Below are positions 15,330-22,607 of a DNA stretch of 32,000 nucleotides, piece by piece. The position numbers and the translations under genes are program-made. Source of the stretch: Paenibacillus tarimensis (lineage in GTDB: Bacteria; Bacillota; Bacilli; Paenibacillales; Paenibacillaceae); the NCBI RefSeq assembly GCF_021532315.1, contig NZ_JAKGAO010000007.1, positions 140,285 through 172,284 on the forward strand, in the 5' to 3' direction. A model generated the notes under the pieces. It did no database searches. It saw only the letters and a list, made by a program, of their open reading frames with translations, and was not told the origin of the DNA. The stretch's first letter is position 1. Each line of letters opens with the position of its first letter.

Positions 15330-15830
15330 ATGCAAATGGTAATGAAGAGGCTGAAGAAGGAAGAGAAGGGTTTTACGCTGATCGAGCTGCTGGCTGTTAT
15401 TGTTATTCTGGGTATTATTGCAGCAATTGCAATTCCATTGATTGGCGGAATTATTAATAACTCCAAAGAAAAGGCGGACGTGGCCACTTCTCGTCAAATA
15501 TATGATGCCGCAAGATTATATCTTACTGCTGAAAATAATGGAGAAACCAAGAGTAAGAAGGTTGATATTACTGCACTGAAGCAGGCTGGTTATTTGAATG
15601 GTGATTTAGCTCTGCCAAGCAGCAAAAAGAGTATTACAGGGGGAGAAGTGCAGTTTAAGTCAACAGGAGATTTGTTGTACGTGTCATTAACTACGAGTGA
15701 TGGGACTGTGTACTATGAGGGTTCTGTTGTTTTGAAGGGTGAAGGCGAGAAAGCATCTAGTAAGCCGGTAGAAACTAATAACAATAACAATAATAATGCC
15801 AATCCTAATGCTAATGCCAATGCTAACTAG
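15330..15830 (+). CDS. pilA: Major type IV pilin (PilA-like) with Asn-rich C-terminal tail
   Basis: ATG at 15330 follows AGAGAGGA. The product begins MQMVMKRLKKEEKG|FTLIELLAVIVILGIIAAIAIP, a class III signal with G-1, F+1 and E+5. It has a small globular domain and ends ...VETNNNNNNNANPNANANAN. The gene is visibly more AT-rich than its neighbours. Starts at 15336 or 15342 are equally possible. Confidence 0.85.
   Translation: MQMVMKRLKKEEKGFTLIELLAVIVILGIIAAIAIPLIGGIINNSKEKADVATSRQIYDAARLYLTAENNGETKSKKVDITALKQAGYLNGDLALPSSKKSITGGEVQFKSTGDLLYVSLTTSDGTVYYEGSVVLKGEGEKASSKPVETNNNNNNNANPNANANAN
15777..15827 (+). repeat. In-frame trinucleotide/hexanucleotide microsatellite (AAT/AAC run, then AAT-GCY units) encoding the pilin tail
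   Basis: The sequence reads AAT AAC AAT AAC AAT AAT AAT GCC AAT CCT AAT GCT AAT GCC AAT GCT AAC, followed by TAG. Confidence 0.85.
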
Positions 15831-16004
15831 TCAAACAATTCAGTTTTCCTGAACACTCTACAAACTCTATATAATAATCGAAAGGTATTCGGGCAATAGC
15901 ATCGGGCTATTACAGAAATTACCGTAAGAGGTGCGAGTGAGAGGGATATCGTTCAGGTTCTAGCGGTGGCCCGCTTGAAAGTACTGTCATTGCCACAACA
16001 ACCA

Positions 16005-16040
16005 CAGCAGGAACAGACCCTGTTCCTGCTGTTTCATTTT
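16005..16040 (+). terminator. Rho-independent terminator/attenuator between pilA and pilD
   Basis: CAGCAGGAACAG (16005-16016) pairs with CTGTTCCTGCTG (16020-16031) as a perfect 12-bp stem with a 3-nt loop. TTTCATTTT follows. Confidence 0.7.
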
Positions 16041-16054
16041 AACCTAGGAAAGAG

Positions 16055-16825
16055 ATGACCGGAATGACGATGGATGCTGCTGTAGGTGCCTATTTATTCG
16101 TGCTCGGGCTGGTACTGGGCTCCTTCTATAATGTCGTTGGGCTTCGGCTGCCGCGAGGCGAGTCGGTTGTTTATCCGCCGTCTAGCTGCGGAAGCTGCGG
16201 CATGAGTCTGCGTGCACGCCATCTGGTTCCGGTATTCAGTTATATAGCAACATGTGGCCGATGTGCCGGGTGCAGGACTAAGATCTCCCCGCTCTACCCG
16301 GCGGGGGAGCTGGCAACAGGCTTGATGTTCATCTGGGTTTATGGTCTCCACGGCTATACGGAAGGCTTGTTGACCGGACTGCTGCTGGTCAGTCTCTCTG
16401 TGATGGTTACAGTTGCAGACCTTAAGTACATGCTGATTCCCAACAAGCTGCTGCTCCTGTTCCTCGCGCCGCTGGCAGCAGCTGTATCGCTTACCTCGGA
16501 GCTTCCGATCTGGAACCATGCGTTGGGCGCTCTTGCAGGGGGTGCGGTTCTGCTGCTGATTGTTATTGTGTCGGGGGGCGGTATGGGAATGGGGGATGTT
16601 AAGCTGTTTACTCTGCTAGGCTTGGTGCTCGGGCTGCCACTTGTGTTTCTTGCCTTAATCATGGCCTGTCTGGCAGGTACTGTGATTGGCGGAGCTTTGC
16701 TGCTAACAGGACGTATTCAGCGCAAGCAGCCTGTACCGTTTGGACCTTTTCTGGCAATTGGTGCACTTGCAGCCTATGGGTATGGAACGGCAATTATTGA
16801 GTGGTATATAACACTATTCATGTAG
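16055..16825 (+). CDS. pilD: Prepilin peptidase / N-methyltransferase (A24 family) PilD
   Basis: The N-terminal Cys motifs CGSCG...CGRCAGC are present. The aspartyl protease motifs are VADLKYMLIPN and GMGMGDVKLF. There are 7-8 TM segments. Confidence 0.9.
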   Translation: MTGMTMDAAVGAYLFVLGLVLGSFYNVVGLRLPRGESVVYPPSSCGSCGMSLRARHLVPVFSYIATCGRCAGCRTKISPLYPAGELATGLMFIWVYGLHGYTEGLLTGLLLVSLSVMVTVADLKYMLIPNKLLLLFLAPLAAAVSLTSELPIWNHALGALAGGAVLLLIVIVSGGGMGMGDVKLFTLLGLVLGLPLVFLALIMACLAGTVIGGALLLTGRIQRKQPVPFGPFLAIGALAAYGYGTAIIEWYITLFM

Positions 16826-16831
16826 CGGGAT

Positions 16832-18352
16832 GTGATGGTCATGATGGGATTTGGCAGAACGCGGGTCGGTTTAACAATTGACCAGTCCGGAATCCAGTAC
16901 GTGAAGCTGGTGAAGAACAAAGTATGGGAATTAGAAGCCAGCGGCGGTTTGATGCTGCCGGAAGGTGCAATAACGGAGGATCAATTCTCCAATACTGCCG
17001 CTATAGCGCCCATTCTCAAGGAATGGGTGCAGAAGGAGAAGCTGGCTGGTGAAGCGGTATCGATTGCCGTCCCCACCTCACAGCTTATCGTGCGCAAGAT
17101 GCATCTGCCTTCACATAATGCCAAAGAATTGCGTTCACTGGTAGAGCTTGAGGTGGAGACAACCCTGCATCTGCCCTTTGAAAATCCGGTCTACGATTAT
17201 GTGGAGATGGAAGCCGATGAGAGCGGCACGCAAGTTCTTGTGTTTGCTGCTCCTCGTAAATGGGTGGATACAGCTGTCTTGCTCCTGGAAGAGGCGGGCC
17301 TCAAGGTTAAAGATGCGCAGATTGCTTCCTTTGCGCTGGTCCGGGCAATCCGGCGGAATCCGCTGGAGCCGCTGAACGAGACGATGCTTATTCACTTGGA
17401 TGATGCCAGTATGGAGATTTATATGTTCTATGCGGGTTATCCGGTGTTCATGCGCAGTATTAATCTCTCTGAGAATCAGGATTACCGTGACCATCAGGGT
17501 TTAATAGGCGATTCGCAAACGGCAGAACTGACAGCCGAAATAGCCCGTATGCTGAACTTCTATCAATTCGGTATTCAGCAGGGCGAATCCAAAATTGCAG
17601 CCATATGGGTGACGGGCGCTTCAGCGAGCCGTAGCAGGCTGGTTGAAGCCATCCGTGCTTCTCAGCAGGAGATAACCGTCTCAGAGGCAGAATATGTGGT
17701 ACAGCTGCGGGATGGCGGGGATATGAAGCCGGTGAGCGGACTAAACGGGATCGCCGCCGGTCTGGTAATACAGGGCTCGGACAAGAACGCAAGTCTGCTT
17801 CCCAGAAAAGCAGCGGATACCAAGCTGTTTCCGGTATTGATCTACAGCAGCTTGGCATTATGGCTGGCTGCCGCTGGTGTTATCGGATATATGGCGATGA
17901 GTTATCACGAGCAGAAGGATGAGAATGCTCAAGAGATCATTCGTCTGGAAGGTGAACGGGCAATGCTGGAAGAGAGGTTCAGCTCTGCAGGCCGGGAGAA
18001 CCAAGCCAATCCGGCAGCTGTGATTGAGCAATTAAGGGCCAATCGGCGTGATGCACCCGGCATTGTCCGTTTGCTGGAAAATGCTCTGCCCAAAGGCGGA
18101 ATAATGAAGTCTTTAACTTATACGGCAGAAGGGAATATAACCGTGGCCGGTACATTTTCCACTCTGACAGCATCGGCAAAATATCTGGACAGTATACGCA
18201 AGCTTCCTCAAGTAAAGACAGCCCTCCTGGACACGGTTACCAAAGAAACAACGCTTGGCAGCCCGGATGGGGAACAGGGAGCGGTACGGACAGCATATGC
18301 GGCAGTCTACTCCATTGTCATGAAGAGGGTAACGGAAGGGGAGGTCGACTGA
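16832..18352 (+). CDS. pilM: PilM-PilN fusion protein (actin-like pilus assembly ATPase fold fused to a single-TM PilN-like domain)
   Basis: The first ~325 aa resemble PilM (GLTIDQSGIQYVKL..., IAVPTSQLIVRKMHLP, VLVFAAPRKWVD, and a C-terminal actin-fold half). A TM helix LFPVLIYSSLALWLAAAGVIGYMAMSY follows, then a coiled-coil and a ~130-aa periplasmic-type domain typical of PilN. The start is GTG 16832 or ATG 16835. Confidence 0.7.
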   Translation: MMVMMGFGRTRVGLTIDQSGIQYVKLVKNKVWELEASGGLMLPEGAITEDQFSNTAAIAPILKEWVQKEKLAGEAVSIAVPTSQLIVRKMHLPSHNAKELRSLVELEVETTLHLPFENPVYDYVEMEADESGTQVLVFAAPRKWVDTAVLLLEEAGLKVKDAQIASFALVRAIRRNPLEPLNETMLIHLDDASMEIYMFYAGYPVFMRSINLSENQDYRDHQGLIGDSQTAELTAEIARMLNFYQFGIQQGESKIAAIWVTGASASRSRLVEAIRASQQEITVSEAEYVVQLRDGGDMKPVSGLNGIAAGLVIQGSDKNASLLPRKAADTKLFPVLIYSSLALWLAAAGVIGYMAMSYHEQKDENAQEIIRLEGERAMLEERFSSAGRENQANPAAVIEQLRANRRDAPGIVRLLENALPKGGIMKSLTYTAEGNITVAGTFSTLTASAKYLDSIRKLPQVKTALLDTVTKETTLGSPDGEQGAVRTAYAAVYSIVMKRVTEGEVD

Positions 18353-18987
18353 TGGAACAGCTCCGAAACAACCGGCAGGCGCTTATACTAGCGGCCACAG
18401 TCATGTTGTTGGTTCTGCTCGCAGGCGTTGTCTATCTGATTCTTCCGGGTTCCCGGGCGGTTGATGAGCAGGAGGCGGAGATAACTGCACTTTCATCGCA
18501 GTTCCAGCTGCTTGAGAACAAGCTGGCAGAGCGGGAGAGAGAGGCTTCAGGCCTTGACATGGCAGATGTTCAAGCCGCTTTGCCCCTATGGGATAATTCA
18601 GAACAGCTTCTACTTGACCTGCAGCAGCTGGAGAACGACACCGGGGTTGAGCTGATGAGCAGCACATTCACTTTGGCAGCGCCGGCCGCAGACAATCAGA
18701 CAACTGACCAGGCAGCGGGTGTGGATAGCGGGATATCCGGTTCTTCCTCTATGGGTAGGGTTCAACTGTCGCTTGTAGTTAGCGGCACTTATCAGGATTT
18801 GCTGAACTGGATGGATGGTGTGCAGTCACTGCCAAGGCTGATTACGATCGAATCATTCGCAGTCAGCAAGCCCCAAGCAGCTGAGGTTTCCTGGAAGCCG
18901 ATAACGGTAAATGTGACCTTGACCGCTTATTATGATCCTTCTTACCGGGGATTGGTGGATGAAGTGCTGTGGCCGTTTGGCTCTTAA
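18352..18987 (+). CDS. pilO: PilO-like pilus assembly protein
   Basis: It has a single N-terminal TM (ALILAATVMLLVLLAGVVYLIL), a coiled-coil (EAEITALSSQFQLLENKLAERE) and a ferredoxin-like C-terminal domain (LSLVVSGTYQDLLNWMDGVQSLPRLITIESF). Its ATG overlaps the pilMN stop (TGATG). Confidence 0.65.
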   Translation: MEQLRNNRQALILAATVMLLVLLAGVVYLILPGSRAVDEQEAEITALSSQFQLLENKLAEREREASGLDMADVQAALPLWDNSEQLLLDLQQLENDTGVELMSSTFTLAAPAADNQTTDQAAGVDSGISGSSSMGRVQLSLVVSGTYQDLLNWMDGVQSLPRLITIESFAVSKPQAAEVSWKPITVNVTLTAYYDPSYRGLVDEVLWPFGS

Positions 18988-19387
18988 TTATGGCAAGAGT
19001 AATTCAACTAAAAAATGAGCGTATGGCAACCGATAGTATTACTATAGGGTTGACATGCGCTTTTTACCATGTGTGTGTCAGTATGGTGACCCGGGCTTAA
19101 AAAATCTTAATGTGACATATTTCACGAGTAATGAACGGTTTAAGTGGGTACATGTATATAATGGTAATGATTTATCTTTGCCTGATCTCGATTGCCGGGG
19201 GGGTGAATATAGCCGGAAAGTCCAGGAACCAACCATACAAATGGAATCCGTGCTGATCATCCAGAACGGAAGTGACACCCTAAAGGCGCACATACATAAC
19301 AACCGGAAGGTTGCCGAAGGAATGAAGCCTGATTAGGGTCTCAGAGCCATGATAACTCATTGGACCGGAATCAGGATTATTGTAGGA

Positions 19388-19416
19388 TTGAATGTCGGAA
19401 CAAGGATGGATATAAT
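19388..19416 (+). promoter_or_regulatory. Candidate sigma-A promoter
   Basis: TTGAAT (19388-19393), a 17-nt spacer, then TATAAT (19411-19416), about 90 nt upstream of the small membrane-protein ORF. Confidence 0.4.
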
Positions 19417-19503
19417 ACTCTATAATTGTAAAAATTAGTATATACCATTCGGATGACAAGACTTGCTGTTGGTTAAGTCTATTCGGTCAGGAGGGACATG
19501 CCA

Positions 19504-19716
19504 ATGCTGGAATCGTTGATGATGTACGCTGCAGTCTTATTCGGCATCCTTATAGCCGTCTGGGGTGTAGTCGCCTATTTGCGTATAACGAAGTCATCAA
19601 CATTCGCCCAGCGACCGAATGACATGGAAGACGTGCCAGCTGCCAAGCGAATGGAACCACCTTCGCCTTACCTGCCAGCCAGGGAGGAACGTGACAAGGA
19701 CAGTGCCACAGGGTAG
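19504..19716 (+). CDS. Small hypothetical membrane protein (70 aa)
   Basis: ATG at 19504 lies 8 nt after GGAGGG; the track ATG at 19498 is too close to the RBS. The product has one TM helix (MMYAAVLFGILIAVWGVVAYL) and a charged, Pro-rich tail. No family was recognised. Confidence 0.45.
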   Translation: MLESLMMYAAVLFGILIAVWGVVAYLRITKSSTFAQRPNDMEDVPAAKRMEPPSPYLPAREERDKDSATG

Positions 19717-19938
19717 GGAATCATCCCTTTTCATACCATAGTTTAACTGCTATAATGAAGGCACAACTGAATAGGTTACGAACCATACGGTTCGGCCATG
19801 AACGATCCTGTGGAACAGCCGGCGTCAGGCGACAGATGCAGATAGGAAACATTCGTATCATTTGCAGCTGACATATTGCCGCCAACATTCTCGTAAATTG
19901 TTTTAGGACGACCATCCAACATTGTGGGAGGGGATTTC

Positions 19939-20124
19939 ATGGCGAAACGGGGCCATAATGAAGTCAAAGAAAGTCTGAAGGAACTCACGAGAATTTTCCA
20001 ACCGAAAGATCCGCGTAAATTTGTCCGCGATTACATCCGGAAATATCGGATTACGGGCGGTTATGAAGATGAACTGACGGTGCTGGTCGAGCATGAGCTT
20101 GGTAAACTGAATTCAGTAAGCTAA
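19939..20124 (+). CDS. Small hypothetical cytoplasmic protein (61 aa)
   Basis: ATG at 19939 follows GGGAGGGG at about 6-nt spacing. The product MAKRGHNEVKESLKELTRIFQPKDPRKFVRDYIRKYRITGGYEDELTVLVEHELGKLNSVS is helical and charged, and a strong terminator follows the gene. No family was recognised. Confidence 0.5.
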   Translation: MAKRGHNEVKESLKELTRIFQPKDPRKFVRDYIRKYRITGGYEDELTVLVEHELGKLNSVS

Positions 20125-20151
20125 ACAAACTTATAACGTACAAATGTTGAA

Positions 20152-20177
20152 GGGGACGCGCAGGCGTCCCCTTTTTT
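20152..20177 (+). terminator. Rho-independent terminator
   Basis: GGGGACGC (20152-20159) pairs with GCGTCCCC (20164-20171). TTTTTT follows. Confidence 0.85.
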
Positions 20178-20306
20178 AGATGGCAACAAGCTGGTGACTG
20201 TTTCGAAAGGTCCATAAGCAGCTATATATTATATGGAAGCGAAATTTTGGCATTGCTTCGAAGAGCGGTTAGCAAATATCAAGGACAGGCGTCAGAAGCC
20301 TGCAGT

Positions 20307-21041
20307 TCAGGGACCGGTTGTACCTGCTGCCTGCTGCTTCAGGTCACGGAGCGGGACAGGCATGATTTTGCCGCCGGCAAATTGATGCTTGACGAGGATG
20401 TTGAACTGATTCAGCCATGGATCGATGGAGCGGCCAGCCCAAGCTTCCTTGGCATACTCAGTGATTTCGTTCACGAAATCCATGTTAGCCGAAATATGAA
20501 CTTCATCGACACGGGGGCTGATGCCGCGGACGCGCGCTGCGATCGTCTGCTTCATCTCATCGGACAGGGTATGGTAATCCGTCGTCGTGAAGTATGAATT
20601 ATACGGGGTGACCTGATGGCTGTTGTCCCAGTAAGGGCTCCCTGTGTCAAAGTCATATACGCCTTCAATTGTACCGCCGTTGCTCTGATCCCACTGATTA
20701 CGGCTTCCGCCCTCATTAAGGGTTCCTGCAGCCGTATTATCGACTGTAACCGCAACATATGCGTTCTTGTCCGTCAACATGACGAGCGCCGACCGTACGC
20801 CGTTCAGCTTCGTTACTTCGCGGGTAAGCAGACTGCTGTACTCGACAAAAGCATTGTCGTGTTGTTTTGGATTGCCTGTAGTTGAACCATACATCCGGGC
20901 TCCGAGTATCTTGGGGTCGCCCTTCTGGCGTGAGCCGTAGTCGTAATCACTGTCCTGTACGGCTCGCCTGTAATTACATCCTGTTAAAGTGAGCATGATG
21001 ATGCACATGAAGAGTATGGCATGCTGAGTCAAGCGGTTCAT
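20307..21041 (-). CDS. YhcN/YlaJ-family sporulation lipoprotein
   Basis: The lipobox is LTLTG|C after a signal peptide (MNRLTQHAILFMCIIMLTLTGC). The family pattern is present: VRSALVMLTDKNAYVAVTVDN and ISPRVDEVHISANMDFVNEI. GGGAGG lies upstream of the ATG at 21041. Confidence 0.8.
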   Translation of the reverse strand: MNRLTQHAILFMCIIMLTLTGCNYRRAVQDSDYDYGSRQKGDPKILGARMYGSTTGNPKQHDNAFVEYSSLLTREVTKLNGVRSALVMLTDKNAYVAVTVDNTAAGTLNEGGSRNQWDQSNGGTIEGVYDFDTGSPYWDNSHQVTPYNSYFTTTDYHTLSDEMKQTIAARVRGISPRVDEVHISANMDFVNEITEYAKEAWAGRSIDPWLNQFNILVKHQFAGGKIMPVPLRDLKQQAAGTTGP

Positions 21042-21328
21042 GATCCTGCCTACCTCCCTGCATAGTCCGGCGTTATGCAGTTAGCTTCTGCCGCAGGGGT
21101 GGAAATATGCGTTCAAAAAGTATACATAATTACCCATAGTAATGGTGCATAATGATACCAAGTGAAATTGTGGATATGGGCGGACGAATAAGTGGTAAAC
21201 ACAGGGAAAAACATGACGTAAACAGGACACAAATTGGGTTGAAAACGCGCAGGTCAAGACCCTAAAAACCCTTTAATAATGCCGAATTTGACGTCTTTGA
21301 GAACAATTTGTGAACTCTCTTCGGAACA

Positions 21329-21357
21329 TTGACAAAAATGGGCTTCAACTTTATATT
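21329..21357 (+). promoter_or_regulatory. Candidate sigma-A promoter of the cta operon
   Basis: TTGACA (21329-21334), a 17-nt spacer, then TATATT (21352-21357), about 115 nt upstream of ctaC. Confidence 0.35.
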
Positions 21358-21473
21358 TAATAAAGTGATCGAGATGTGCGTAATATCACAAAATTTTCAC
21401 GTGTACCACGCAGTTTGCCGCCTGCCACGCCACGTATTGGCAACTGTGAAATCGTAAAAAGCGGGGTTGATTA

Positions 21474-22577
21474 ATGATGAAACGGTGGCACGTTCTGAAA
21501 CGCCTTCTGCCTTTGCTGGCAGGGGTCGCATTGCTCCTTTCGGCATGTGGACGAGCAGATTTATCCACTCTGAATCCACAAGGGCCGGTGGCACAAAGCC
21601 AATTTGACCTGATGAAATTGTCGATTTCGATCATGATTCTGGTGGTCGTTGTCGTGTTCGCGATCGCCATTTATGTGCTGATCCGATTCCGCCGCCGTCC
21701 AGGGAATGATAAAATTCCTGTACAGGTGGAAGGGAACCACAAGCTCGAAATTATTTGGACGGTTATCCCATTAATTCTTCTGGTTATCCTCGGTATTCCG
21801 ACGATTCAGACCGTCTTTGCACTTGCAGAGGACTACAGCCGTGACGAGAATGCCGTTGTTGTCAAGGTAACTTCACACTTATACTGGTGGGAATTTGAAT
21901 ATCCTCAGCATGGTGTCGTAACGGCACAAGAACTAGTTATTCCGACGAACGCCAAGATTGCTATCGAAGCCAAGACGGCCGACGTGCTTCACTCCTTCTG
22001 GATTCCAGCGCTTGCAGGTAAGATCGATACGAACCCGGGGGGCAACGTGAACCGGATGTTCTTCGAAGCCCCGAAGCCAGGTATCTACTATGGTAAATGT
22101 GCGGAGCTGTGCGGACCTTCCCATGCTCTGATGGATTTTAAAGTGAAAGCAGTTGAACCCGCTTCCTTCGAAAATTGGGTGAATGCAATGAAAGCGCCTG
22201 CCCAATTGCCTTCCGATCCTGAGATCGCTGAAGTATTCCAGAGCGAATGTCTGAGCTGCCATGCTGTTGGTGAGCTTGGCGGACCGGCTTTCCCGAACCT
22301 GACGGGTATTGGCAGCCGCGAGTCTGTAGCAGGTATTCTCCTCAATACGGAAGATCCTGAGTATGAGAATGAAGGCACAACCTATGAGAACCTGTACAGA
22401 TGGATTCAAGATCCACAGGCGATCAAGCCTGGTAATGCGATGCCTAAGGTTGATCTGACTGAAGAAGAGCTTGAAGGCATTGCACGCTACCTATCGGAGC
22501 TTAAGCTTGAAGGCTTTGATCCAGCAGAACTCCAGGGTAATAGTGTGACTAACGATGATCAAGAAAAGCAGCAATAA
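21474..22577 (+). CDS. ctaC: Cytochrome c oxidase (caa3-type) subunit II with fused C-terminal cytochrome c domain; lipoprotein signal
   Basis: The lipobox is LLSA|C. There are two TM helices. The CuA motifs are HSFWIPALAGKID and CAELCGPSHALM. The heme c motif CLSCH is followed by a downstream Met (GNAMP). Confidence 0.93.
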   Translation: MMKRWHVLKRLLPLLAGVALLLSACGRADLSTLNPQGPVAQSQFDLMKLSISIMILVVVVVFAIAIYVLIRFRRRPGNDKIPVQVEGNHKLEIIWTVIPLILLVILGIPTIQTVFALAEDYSRDENAVVVKVTSHLYWWEFEYPQHGVVTAQELVIPTNAKIAIEAKTADVLHSFWIPALAGKIDTNPGGNVNRMFFEAPKPGIYYGKCAELCGPSHALMDFKVKAVEPASFENWVNAMKAPAQLPSDPEIAEVFQSECLSCHAVGELGGPAFPNLTGIGSRESVAGILLNTEDPEYENEGTTYENLYRWIQDPQAIKPGNAMPKVDLTEEELEGIARYLSELKLEGFDPAELQGNSVTNDDQEKQQ

Positions 22578-22607
22578 TTTTAACGGGGATAAAAGGGGGT
22601 ACCACAC

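Noticed and set aside
19055-19336. 93-aa plus-strand ORF downstream of pilO
   Set aside because: It has no convincing Shine-Dalgarno sequence, an atypical composition and no recognisable motif or prepilin signal. An equally long antisense ORF (19078-19302) covers the same span, which suggests chance ORFs in AT-rich DNA. It is kept only as part of the 'unexplained region' finding.
19721-19988. Two overlapping minus-strand ORFs (64 and 70 aa) between the small membrane protein gene and the 61-aa gene
   Set aside because: They have no RBS, are mutually overlapping, are Cys/Arg-rich and collide with the RBS and start of the plus-strand gene. They are probably non-coding leader DNA.
21042-21473. 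Missing ctaB/ctaA upstream of ctaC as a possible anomaly
   Set aside because: The position of the heme A/O synthase genes relative to ctaC-G varies among Bacillales, and they may lie elsewhere in the genome. Nothing in the 430-bp intergenic region suggests a decayed gene.
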